43,801 nt of DNA, from the IMG/VR virus record IMGVR_UViG_3300045988_028735, positions 1 through 43,801 of that record, one strand, 5' to 3'. Below, one piece after another: positions 31,877-39,986 of this stretch (within the stretch, counting starts at the first letter, position 1; each line of letters opens with the position of its first letter). The DNA is from a virus. The notes under the pieces are model-generated. The model was given only the letters and a program-made list of their open reading frames with translations, had not been told where the DNA came from and made no database searches. The translations under genes were made by a program, and so were the position numbers.

Positions 31877-32731
31877 ATGAACAATCAGGACTATTTGCGG
31901 GATTATGGAGTGGAGGGACAGATCGGAAACGAGGGCAGCGTAGAAGAATACCTGCAGGCGTTGGTCGCTGTTTTCCGTGAAGTCCGGCGGGTGCTGCATA
32001 CGGACGGAACGCTGTGGGTGAACGTGGGCGATAGCTATGCTACCAATTCAGGGAGCCAGCCGCCGAAGAATACCCTAAATTCCTGCGGACACACCGCAAA
32101 GCGCGTACCACAGGGGTACAAGAAAAAAGACCTGATCGGCATACCTTGGCAGTTGGCCTTTGCTCTCCGCGCAGATGGTTGGTATTTGCGGCAAGACATC
32201 ATTTGGCAGAAGCCGAACTGTATGCCGGAGAGCGCCCGGGATCGCTGCACCAAGAGCCACGAATATATTTTCCTGCTTTCCAAATCGGAACGCTATTATT
32301 TCGACGCGGCGGCAATCAGCGAACCCGTTACATCAACCAAGGGAAACGCCAGGACGTTCCGCGGCGGCGGTGCCTACACCGGCGGGCGGGCACACGACAA
32401 CAGCGCCCAGGTGGAGCGCGAGAGCCACGGAAACCGAGAAAACCAGACGGGCCGCCGGAACAAGCGGGACGTGTGGACCGTAAGCACAAACGGCTTTCGC
32501 GGCGCCCATTTTGCTGTGTTTCCAGAAAAACTGATTGAGCCGTGCATTTTAGCGGGTTGCCCAGAGGGCGGCGTTGTCCTTGACCCATTTGCGGGCAGCG
32601 GCACGACGGGAGTGGTGTCCAAACGAATGGGACGCGGTTTCGTGGGATGCGAGATCAATCCCTCGTATGTAGAAATGGCCACAGGAAGAATAGCGGATGC
32701 GGAGAAAGCATTGGAGGCGATGAAGAAATGA
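31877..32731 (+). CDS. N4/N6 DNA methyltransferase (beta class) lacking the N-terminal (D/S)PPY motif
   Basis: SD AGGAGG. DYLRDYGVEGQIGNEGSVEEY...RRVLHTDGTLWVNVGDSY...IIWQKPNCMPES...VLDPFAGSGTTG (motif I). There is no PPY/PPF anywhere in the ORF or upstream DNA. Confidence 0.75.
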   Translation: MNNQDYLRDYGVEGQIGNEGSVEEYLQALVAVFREVRRVLHTDGTLWVNVGDSYATNSGSQPPKNTLNSCGHTAKRVPQGYKKKDLIGIPWQLAFALRADGWYLRQDIIWQKPNCMPESARDRCTKSHEYIFLLSKSERYYFDAAAISEPVTSTKGNARTFRGGGAYTGGRAHDNSAQVERESHGNRENQTGRRNKRDVWTVSTNGFRGAHFAVFPEKLIEPCILAGCPEGGVVLDPFAGSGTTGVVSKRMGRGFVGCEINPSYVEMATGRIADAEKALEAMKK

Positions 32732-33276
32732 GTAAAGCTGTTATGCTGAGCGTCCGCCCGAAGTGGGTGGAGAAGATCGCCAGCGGTGAAAAGACCATCG
32801 AGGTCAGAAAGACGCGCCCAAAGCTGAACACGCCGTTTAAGTGCTATATCTACTGCACGCTGCAAGGCTGTAACGAGTTTTTTCGAGTTGATCTTGGGCG
32901 TGATGTTGCCAAGTGGAACCGCGGCAAGTGGGCAGACCGCAAGGGCAAGATCATTGGCGAGTTCACTTGTGGCCGGATTTATGAGCTTGCGCCCCTCAAC
33001 CATGCACCGGATGACGTAGAAAAGCAAGCCTGCCTGACACGGGAAGAAATTGTGAACTACCTAAAGGGGACCGGCTACGGCTGGCATATCGTCAACCTGA
33101 AAATATACGACGCGCCGCGCGAACTGAGTGAGTTCCGCCGAGCGTGCCCGAATAGTTGGTACTGCGAAAGCTGCGCCATGTACTGGGAAAACAACGGAAC
33201 CTGCGGAAACGAGAGCTTACAGATCAAGCGCGCGCCGCAGAGCTGGTGCTATGTGGAGGCGATGAAAAATGTTTGA
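32728..33276 (+). CDS. ASCH-domain protein
   Basis: MLSVRPKWVEKIASGEKTIEVRKTRPK is the ASCH N-terminal pattern. Confidence 0.65.
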   Translation: MSKAVMLSVRPKWVEKIASGEKTIEVRKTRPKLNTPFKCYIYCTLQGCNEFFRVDLGRDVAKWNRGKWADRKGKIIGEFTCGRIYELAPLNHAPDDVEKQACLTREEIVNYLKGTGYGWHIVNLKIYDAPRELSEFRRACPNSWYCESCAMYWENNGTCGNESLQIKRAPQSWCYVEAMKNV

Positions 33277-33454
33277 ATTAAAACCCTGCCCGTTCTGCGG
33301 CGGCAAAGCACGGATGTTTGTAAATGGCGGTGTGAGAGTAATTTGCTCAAAATGTCATGTAGGAACAATGATTCTGACAGACAATATGGAGTACGAAAGC
33401 AACGCAGTAGAAAAAGTAATCGAAGCATGGAACAGGAGGGCTGACAATGGCTGA
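33269..33454 (+). CDS. lar: Lar-family restriction-alleviation protein
   Basis: MFELKPCPFCGGKA ... CSKCH. Confidence 0.6.
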   Translation: MFELKPCPFCGGKARMFVNGGVRVICSKCHVGTMILTDNMEYESNAVEKVIEAWNRRADNG

Positions 33455-33843
33455 AAAAGAAATGCAGAGTGCAGATGTTTGCACCCACAAGAACAAAATA
33501 AAGACCAGCTTTGCAAAAATTTTTGTTTCCGGGACGCCTGACAGGTCGTATTTCAACATCTTGTATTTTGACCCGGTAGACCAAGATTATCACGTTGGGT
33601 TCGGTTCATATTGCCTTGAGTACGTATTTAAGTGGCTCTCAGATGAGTTTGAAATTGAAGATGCACCCGCCGCCGACGTTGCCCCGGTGGTGCATGGGCG
33701 GTGGGAGTAAGATGCAGATGGCGATTGGTATTGTACAAACTGCAATGAAGTTGTTGCTATCTGCGAAAGTGGCAGAGAACGGACTTATCGCAAGCCGTAT
33801 TGCCCCCAACTGTGGCGCGAAGATGGGCGGAGGAAATAGTTGA
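33447..33843 (+). pseudogene. disrupted zinc-ribbon gene (in-frame TAA plus 1-nt frameshift in a C5 run)
   Basis: ...VVHGRWE-TAA(33708-33710)-DADGDWYCTNCNEVV...RKPYCP, then the run CCCCC (33803-33807) shifts the frame away from the conserved ending NCGAKMGGGNS*. Confidence 0.5.
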
Positions 33844-34052
33844 TGGTTAAAGTGTTCTGCGATATGTGTGGGCGCGAGATTGACTACGAGGTTGACGGCG
33901 TGAATCTGGATTTCAATCACTACGGCGTTGTAAATTTTAAGACACCATTTTCTGCGGAGAAACAACTGTGCCTCTCCTGCGCTGCCAGAGTTTGTAACTT
34001 TGTGGAGAACTACGCAAAGATGGACGGAGGTGTCAGCGATGAGGCTGATTGA
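33843..34052 (+). CDS. hypothetical CxxC small protein
   Basis: SD GGAGGA precedes ATG 33843. The motifs CDMCG ... CLSC. Confidence 0.5.
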   Translation: MVKVFCDMCGREIDYEVDGVNLDFNHYGVVNFKTPFSAEKQLCLSCAARVCNFVENYAKMDGGVSDEAD

Positions 34053-34299
34053 CGCTGATTTATTGGAAGACCAGTTTGGAATATCCGATGAAGACCTTCT
34101 TGCGCTTGACGAAATTCGACACGCTCCCACCGTTGATGCTGTGGTCGTGGTGCGGTGCAAGGACTGTGTACATTTTAACCATAAGCGCATGGAATGCGAA
34201 AACGAAGCCATTTCGACCGACCATGAGGGCGGCGCACAATACAGCTTGAATTTTGGGCCTGACGATTTTTGCAGCTACGGCGAGCCGAAGGAGGGATAA
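34039..34299 (+). CDS. hypothetical protein
   Basis: SD GGAGGTG precedes ATG 34039. MRLIDADLL...RCKDCVHF is a pattern common in phage early regions. Confidence 0.5.
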   Translation: MRLIDADLLEDQFGISDEDLLALDEIRHAPTVDAVVVVRCKDCVHFNHKRMECENEAISTDHEGGAQYSLNFGPDDFCSYGEPKEG

Positions 34300-34302
34300 C
34301 AC

Positions 34303-34560
34303 ATGGACGTTGTTGGGCGAAAGGTTGTTAAAACGCGGGCGGCTCATGTGTGCTTCGGTTGCGGGCGCAAATTCGAGCAAGGGGCTATGATGGAGCGCAG
34401 TTGCGTTTTCGATGGTACGCCGTGGACGTGCTATCTGTGCGAGAGCTGTCAGAAAGCGTCTTCTGAGTTAGGATGGCAAGACGAGTATGGATTTGGGGAC
34501 TTGCGCGAACGTGCGCTTGAGATAGAGCGGGAGGCACTCCATGCTGACGATCACGATTAA
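34303..34560 (+). CDS. hypothetical Cys-rich protein
   Basis: The motifs CFGCG ... CYLCESC. Confidence 0.5.
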   Translation: MDVVGRKVVKTRAAHVCFGCGRKFEQGAMMERSCVFDGTPWTCYLCESCQKASSELGWQDEYGFGDLRERALEIEREALHADDHD

Positions 34561-34705
34561 AGCCAACGTCCCCGCCGCTGACGCGCAGGGCATCAAGGAG
34601 CGCATCGCCATGGACATCGAGCGATACGGCGACTGCAAGGTCGTGAGCATCGTGAGCGACAGAGGACGGGAAGAACAGCTACGAATGAAAGGAGCCAAAT
34701 TATGA
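34541..34705 (+). CDS. hypothetical 54-aa protein
   Basis: SD GGGAGG is followed by 8 nt and ATG 34541. Its end overlaps the next start (ATGA). Confidence 0.35.
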   Translation: MLTITIKANVPAADAQGIKERIAMDIERYGDCKVVSIVSDRGREEQLRMKGAKL

Positions 34706-35241
34706 GCATTAACGTGAAGAAGTATACCAAAGAGCAGATGGCGAAGATGGTGGAGGAGGCCACCGAAAGGCTCAAATCGCAGAAAAAAGAAAATGCAGAG
34801 CTGGCCGAACAACTGAAATCCCAAACGGCAAAAACGATTGCGCTGCGAAATGATTTGATGGAAAAGATGCATTCGAACGCCGTGCTGACTGAGAAGCTTG
34901 ACCAAATGAACGGCGAAGCCATCACCCGCGAGAACGTGATCGCGAACCTGAAAGCGGACATGGATTCAGCCAAAAAATCGGCTCAGGATTTGAACGATCA
35001 GGGGCAGCAGTATTGGGGAGCGTGGCAGGCATCGAAGCGAGAAGTTGCCGACTTGAAAAACAAACTCAATGACACCGAGGCGGCGCTTGGGCGGGCGAGC
35101 GACGAGTGCGCTTTTAAGCAAGAGGCCCTTAATGTAATGCGCAACAGACGCTACAACGCCGAGCAGCGCGCCAATTACGCAGAAGCCCACCCGTGGCGAA
35201 ACCTGTGGGCGTGGGCGAAGAGAAAGGCTAAAATGGAATAA
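34702..35241 (+). CDS. hypothetical coiled-coil protein
   Basis: 179 aa, with heptad-like K/E/L/Q content. It is the last gene of the early operon. Confidence 0.6.
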   Translation: MSINVKKYTKEQMAKMVEEATERLKSQKKENAELAEQLKSQTAKTIALRNDLMEKMHSNAVLTEKLDQMNGEAITRENVIANLKADMDSAKKSAQDLNDQGQQYWGAWQASKREVADLKNKLNDTEAALGRASDECAFKQEALNVMRNRRYNAEQRANYAEAHPWRNLWAWAKRKAKME

Positions 35242-35278
35242 GAAGAGGCAGGGTGTAAGCCCTGCCTCTTCTCTTTTG
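35241..35278 (+). terminator. intrinsic terminator ending the early operon
   Basis: 13-bp stem AGAAGAGGCAGGG / CCCTGCCTCTTCT with loop TGTAAG, followed by CTTTTG. Confidence 0.8.
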
Positions 35279-35284
35279 ACAAAT

Positions 35285-35330
35285 GAGGGGAGAGGGGAAG
35301 GGGGGCTATAGGGGGATAGGGAAAGGGGAG
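35285..35330 (+). repeat. polypurine G-tract cluster
   Basis: GAGGGGAGAGGGGAAGGGGGGCTATAGGGGGATAGGGAAAGGGGAG contains six runs of three or more G. Confidence 0.8.
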
Positions 35331-35412
35331 CGTATACGCAGAGATATATCTATTTTGTGTGTATGTAACGGTATAGATAAAAGGGGACCAAATCAAAAAG
35401 TTTTTCCGGTGG

Positions 35413-35446
35413 CCGTGGTGAGAATGATGATGAGGCATGATATCGT
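35413..35446 (+). promoter_or_regulatory. late-promoter-like bipartite motif, copy 2
   Basis: CCGTGGTGA-N14-CATGATATCG lies 108 nt upstream of terS. Confidence 0.5.
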
Positions 35447-35553
35447 CAAAGATAGGACGTCCGTACCTCCCGGACGGGGAAATCATGCTGCGCGATATGG
35501 CCGAGGGGTGGGGGCCTGCAGCATAAAAAGCAGAAAGGAAGTGACGGCGGACA

Positions 35554-36003
35554 ATGATGACACCGAGGTATAAGACGGTCGAAGAGATGCAGGCCGTCAT
35601 TGACCAATATTTTGAGGATTGCAAGGGCGAGCCGATTATCGGAGACGACGGGCAGCTGATCCTCGACAAATACGGGCAGCCGTTTATCATCAACGCGCAT
35701 CCACCGACGGTGACAGGGCTGGCGCTGGCGCTCGGGTTTACGAGCAGGCAGGCGCTGTTGAATTATCAGGCGAAGAAGGCTTTCGTTGACACGGTTTTGC
35801 GCGCGAAGGCGAGGATCGAGGCTTACGCCGAGGAACGGCTCTTCGACCGGGACGGGCAGAGGGGCGCGGAATTCAGCCTGAAATACAATTTCCGCTGGGC
35901 GGATGAGAAGAAGCAGGACGAGGACGAAGGGCACGGTGTGGCCGAGCTGCCTGCGGTACTTCCTGCGCCTCCGCCGCCAGAAGCCGGTGGCGCAGATGGC
36001 TAA
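35554..36003 (+). CDS. terS: terminase small subunit
   Basis: PPTVTGLALALGFTSRQALLNYQ...FSLKYNFRWAD is the HTH-type small terminase pattern. It precedes terL with an ATGGCTAA overlap. Confidence 0.8.
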   Translation: MMTPRYKTVEEMQAVIDQYFEDCKGEPIIGDDGQLILDKYGQPFIINAHPPTVTGLALALGFTSRQALLNYQAKKAFVDTVLRAKARIEAYAEERLFDRDGQRGAEFSLKYNFRWADEKKQDEDEGHGVAELPAVLPAPPPPEAGGADG

Positions 36004-37441
36004 GCGCAATGTGATCTGGACGCCGCAGCCAAAGCAGGCGATCCTGATGAGCCGATGGGAAGATGAGGCACTGTACGGCGGTGCGGCGGGCGGCGGTAAG
36101 ACCGACTGTGCGCTGATGGAAGCGACGCGGCAGGTCGGCATCCCGTATTACCGCGGGCTGATATTGCGCAAGACCTACCCGCAGCTCTCGGAGATCATCG
36201 ACCGGGCGCTCGAGCTGTACCCGCGCATCTTTCCGGGGGCAAAGTACAACGACAGCAAGCACTTCTGGCAGTTCAAAAGCGGGGCGAAAATCTATTTCGG
36301 CTCGATGCAGCACACGAAGGATCGCACGAACTATCAGGGCAAGCGGTATGACTTTATCGACTTCGACGAACTGACGCAATTCCTTTGGGATGAATACAGC
36401 TATATGTTCTCCCGCAACCGCCCGAACGGGCCGGGAACGCGCTGCTACCAGAGGGCGCAGGCTAACCCGGGCGGCGTGGGGCACGGATGGGTCAAAGAAC
36501 GATTCATCACGGCAGGGCCACCGATGCAAACCATCTGGGAGCAGTTCAACATCCGATTCCCGGACGGGCACGAGGAAACGCGCTGGAAAAGCCGCATTTT
36601 CGTGCCGAGCACGGTATTTGACAACAAGATTCTGCTGGCGAATGATGAAAGTTACCTAACAAGGCTTGCATCCATGCCGGAGCAAGAACGAAACGCGCTG
36701 CTTTACGGCGACTGGGACACGTTCTCGGGGCAGGTATTTACCGAGTGGCGCAACGACAGCGAGCACTACGGCGACCGCATCAATACGCACGTGATCGCGC
36801 CGTTTCGCATCCCGAAGGAGTGGCCGGTGTGGTGCGCGATGGACTGGGGCTATTCAAGGCCGTTCGCCATCGGCTGGTTTGCCGTGGACGGTGACCGGCG
36901 GCTCTACCACATTGCGGAATACTACGGCTGCACGGGGACGCCGAACGAGGGTGTGAAGATGGAGCCGACGGCAGTCGCGAGGGAGATCAAGCGCATCGAG
37001 AGCGAAGACCCCAACCTGAAAGGGCGGAAGATCTTCCGCGTGGGGGACCCGGCCATCTGGGGCACGCAGGGGACGGAGAGCATCGGCTCGCTCTTTGAGC
37101 GCGAGCGCGTTTACTTCGAAAAGGGCGACAACGCGCGCATTGACGGCAAGATGCAGCTGCACAACCGCTTTGCCTTTGACGAAAACGGCATCCCGATGCT
37201 GTATATCTTCAACACCTGCAAGAACTTTATCCGCACGGTGCCAAACCTCGTTTATGACGAGAAGCACGTCGAGGACGTGAACACCGAGCAGGAAGACCAT
37301 ATTTACGACATGACGCGCTATGTGTGCATGGAGAATCCCATCGCGGCGAGAAAGAACACGCCGCCGAAGCTGATCATCTACGACCCGCTGGACATCAATC
37401 CGCAGACCTACGACAGGTACGCATGGTTTCAGCACAACTGA
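35996..37441 (+). CDS. terL: terminase large subunit
   Basis: ATG 35996 lies inside the track ORF 35903. Walker A is GGAAGGGKT, and a nuclease half is present. Confidence 0.9.
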   Translation: MAKRNVIWTPQPKQAILMSRWEDEALYGGAAGGGKTDCALMEATRQVGIPYYRGLILRKTYPQLSEIIDRALELYPRIFPGAKYNDSKHFWQFKSGAKIYFGSMQHTKDRTNYQGKRYDFIDFDELTQFLWDEYSYMFSRNRPNGPGTRCYQRAQANPGGVGHGWVKERFITAGPPMQTIWEQFNIRFPDGHEETRWKSRIFVPSTVFDNKILLANDESYLTRLASMPEQERNALLYGDWDTFSGQVFTEWRNDSEHYGDRINTHVIAPFRIPKEWPVWCAMDWGYSRPFAIGWFAVDGDRRLYHIAEYYGCTGTPNEGVKMEPTAVAREIKRIESEDPNLKGRKIFRVGDPAIWGTQGTESIGSLFERERVYFEKGDNARIDGKMQLHNRFAFDENGIPMLYIFNTCKNFIRTVPNLVYDEKHVEDVNTEQEDHIYDMTRYVCMENPIAARKNTPPKLIIYDPLDINPQTYDRYAWFQHN

Positions 37442-37453
37442 CAGGAGGGGACT

Positions 37454-39457
37454 ATGGCAAGATTTACGAAATATCCGCAGACGCAGGAGCAGGCAGACGC
37501 TGCGGGCGCGGCTGCGATGATGGACGCAAAGGCCGACGCGCCGCTTGTGGGGGCGTTCCGCGACAGCGAGGCCAATTACGGCAGCGGTGCGGCTATCGGA
37601 AGTAAAGAGGTCGGCGAGGCGGTGGAGACGCTGCAAAAGTACCGGCGGGGGAAGAGCAACTTCGAAAATCGCATTATCAGCGAAGAGAGCTGGTGGAAGC
37701 TGCGGCACTGGGAGGATATCCGGCGCGGCAGCAAGGACGCAGGAGATGCGCCGGAGCCTGCGAGCGCATGGCTGTTCAACTCGATCACCAACAAGCACGC
37801 AGACGCGATGGACAATTACCCCGAGCCGGTGTGCCTGCCGAGGGAACAGAGCGACGAGAAAAGCGCCGAGACGCTCTCGGCGGTGCTGCCGGTCATCATG
37901 GAGTACAACGAGTTTGACAGCACCTACAGCTTCGAGTGGTGGGAAAAGCTTAAGCACGGCGTCGCCATTTACGGTGTTTTCTGGGACAAGGAGAAGGACA
38001 ACGGGCTGGGAGACATTGCCATTGAGCGCATCGACCCGCTGAATATCTTCTGGGAGCCGGGTGTCGAGGACATTCAGAAGAGCCGGAACGTATTCACGGT
38101 GTCACTCGTGGATGAGGATATCCTCGAGGATGAATACCCACAGTTTGCGGGAAAGCTCGGCGGCAGCAGTGTATCGCTTGCGAAGTACGAGTACGATGAT
38201 TCTGTCGACACGAGCGGCAAGATCGCCGTGGTCGACTGGTATTACCGTAAGAAGACGGTGGGCGGGCGCACGGTGCTGCACTACGTCAAGTTCATCGACG
38301 AAGAACATATCATCTATGCGAGCGAAAATGACCCGGAATGCGCCGAGGACGGCTTCTACTCCGACGGCGAATACCCGTTTGTGTTTGACACGCTGTTTCC
38401 GGAGAAGGGATCCCCCGCGGGCTTCGGCTACACGGCCATTGCAAAGGATCCGCAGCTCTATATCGACAAGCTGTGGGGCAACATCCTCGAAACATCCATG
38501 ATGGGCAGCAAGCGCCGGTATTTTGCCAGTGAGAGCCTGAACATCAACGAGGACGAGTTTCTCGATTGGCGCAAGCCAATCATCCACGTTTCCGGCGAGA
38601 TCAACGACAGCCGCCTGCGCGAGGTGGTGACGCACCCGCTCGATTCCATCTATGCCAATATCGTGCAGATGAAGATCGACGAAATGAAGGAGACGAGCGC
38701 CAACCGCGACGTATCGAACGGCGGCACGGCGTCCGGCGCGACGGCGGCGGCGGCCATCTCTGCATTGCAGGAAGCGGGCAACAAGATGAGCCGCGACATG
38801 ATCGCGGGCGGGTATCGTGCGCAGGTGAAGATCGTAAAGCTCTGCATCGAGCGCATGAGGCAGTTCTACGACGTGACGAGAACCTTCCGCATCACGAACG
38901 AGCTGCCGTATGAATACGCGCAGATCGGGGCCAACGAGCTCGGCGATCAGGTGACGGGCGTGGACAGCCTCGGCGACAAGCTGTTCCGAAGGCCGGTATT
39001 CGACGTCAAGATCAAGGCACAGAAGAAAAACCCGTTTTCCCGAGCGGAACAGAACGAGCGGGCAAAGGAATTGTATTCGCTGGGCTTCTTCTCCCCCGAC
39101 AGGGCGCAGGAGAGCATGATCGCGCTCGATATGATGGACTTTGAGGGTATCGACAAGATCAAGGGCCAGATCAACGAGGGCGCGACGCTCTACAACGTGG
39201 TGCAGCAGCAGGGCGAGCAGCTGCAAAAGGCACTCGCGGTCATTGCGCAGCTCACGGGGCAGGATATGAGCATGGCGGCACAGGCCGGAACGGGCACGCA
39301 GGGCGGCAGCACGGCAAGGCCGAGCGGCAGCAGCGGAGGCACGGAAAGCCGCAATGCCGATGCGCAGGGCGCACAGACGCCGTATATGCAGCAGCTCGCG
39401 GAGCGCAGCAAGCCCAACATGGACAGCGGCAGCAACGCGGCCATGCCGGGGATGTAA
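37454..39457 (+). CDS. portal protein
   Basis: SD AGGAGGGG. 667 aa, located immediately after terL, with an acidic/Gly-rich C-terminus. Confidence 0.85.
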   Translation: MARFTKYPQTQEQADAAGAAAMMDAKADAPLVGAFRDSEANYGSGAAIGSKEVGEAVETLQKYRRGKSNFENRIISEESWWKLRHWEDIRRGSKDAGDAPEPASAWLFNSITNKHADAMDNYPEPVCLPREQSDEKSAETLSAVLPVIMEYNEFDSTYSFEWWEKLKHGVAIYGVFWDKEKDNGLGDIAIERIDPLNIFWEPGVEDIQKSRNVFTVSLVDEDILEDEYPQFAGKLGGSSVSLAKYEYDDSVDTSGKIAVVDWYYRKKTVGGRTVLHYVKFIDEEHIIYASENDPECAEDGFYSDGEYPFVFDTLFPEKGSPAGFGYTAIAKDPQLYIDKLWGNILETSMMGSKRRYFASESLNINEDEFLDWRKPIIHVSGEINDSRLREVVTHPLDSIYANIVQMKIDEMKETSANRDVSNGGTASGATAAAAISALQEAGNKMSRDMIAGGYRAQVKIVKLCIERMRQFYDVTRTFRITNELPYEYAQIGANELGDQVTGVDSLGDKLFRRPVFDVKIKAQKKNPFSRAEQNERAKELYSLGFFSPDRAQESMIALDMMDFEGIDKIKGQINEGATLYNVVQQQGEQLQKALAVIAQLTGQDMSMAAQAGTGTQGGSTARPSGSSGGTESRNADAQGAQTPYMQQLAERSKPNMDSGSNAAMPGM

Positions 39458-39460
39458 GCG

Positions 39461-39778
39461 ATGACGACGGCAACGGTAAAGACAGACGGATGGCATCATA
39501 GCATCGTCTGCGAGGGGCACTCCGCGGACACGGCGTGCTGCAATTACATCACCGGCGTCATGTATGCGTTCGGCGGGTATGTCAAGACCATGGAGGCAAG
39601 CAGCAAATGCGCGGCTGTGGTGGATGAACTCGAGATCGACGAGCAGGCACCGAGATTCTGCATCCAATGTAGCGGGGATGAACGCGTCGGGGCGGCTTTC
39701 CTTGCGGCATATATCGGGCTCAGGCAACTGGAAGCGACAAGGCCGGACGCGATCACGGTAAAAGCCGAAGGAATTTGA
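39461..39778 (+). CDS. Prp-like (DUF464) cysteine protease
   Basis: 105 aa. It aligns by eye with S. aureus/B. subtilis Prp: IVCEGHSAD vs IMDGHAD, TACCNYITGVMYAF vs IVCAGASAVLFGS, FCIQCS vs FHIRS, YIGLRQLEATRPDAITV vs LVSLQTIEEEYNENIRL. Confidence 0.55.
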   Translation: MTTATVKTDGWHHSIVCEGHSADTACCNYITGVMYAFGGYVKTMEASSKCAAVVDELEIDEQAPRFCIQCSGDERVGAAFLAAYIGLRQLEATRPDAITVKAEGI

Positions 39779-39792
39779 AAAAAATTTTATAA

Positions 39793-39826
39793 CCGTGGTG
39801 AGAAGGGGAGAACGCCGTGATACGGT
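39793..39826 (+). promoter_or_regulatory. late-promoter-like bipartite motif, copy 3
   Basis: CCGTGGTGA-N14-CGTGATACG lies 161 nt upstream of the scaffold gene. Confidence 0.5.
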
Positions 39827-39986
39827 AGTATCGGACGGATGATTCTCTCTTTTTTCACTTGCAGCGGGACCGGCGGTTTTTTCTTCATCTTTTTCCCGCC
39901 GGTCCCTCAACTGCAACACGGAGAGAATGCCGTTCGGCCCACACGGGAGGCCAAATGCCCGCGATATGACCATAGGAGGGAATAGC

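Noticed and set aside
33708-33710. In-frame TAA as evidence of stop-codon reassignment
   Set aside because: It is a single occurrence accompanied by a frameshift in the same gene. All other genes terminate normally at TAA, TGA or TAG with tight gene packing.
35283-35573. 96-aa plus ORF starting in the G-tract region
   Set aside because: Its translation (MRGEGKGGYRGIGKGERIRR...) merely reflects the polypurine tract. It crosses the late promoter motif and the terS start and has no SD.
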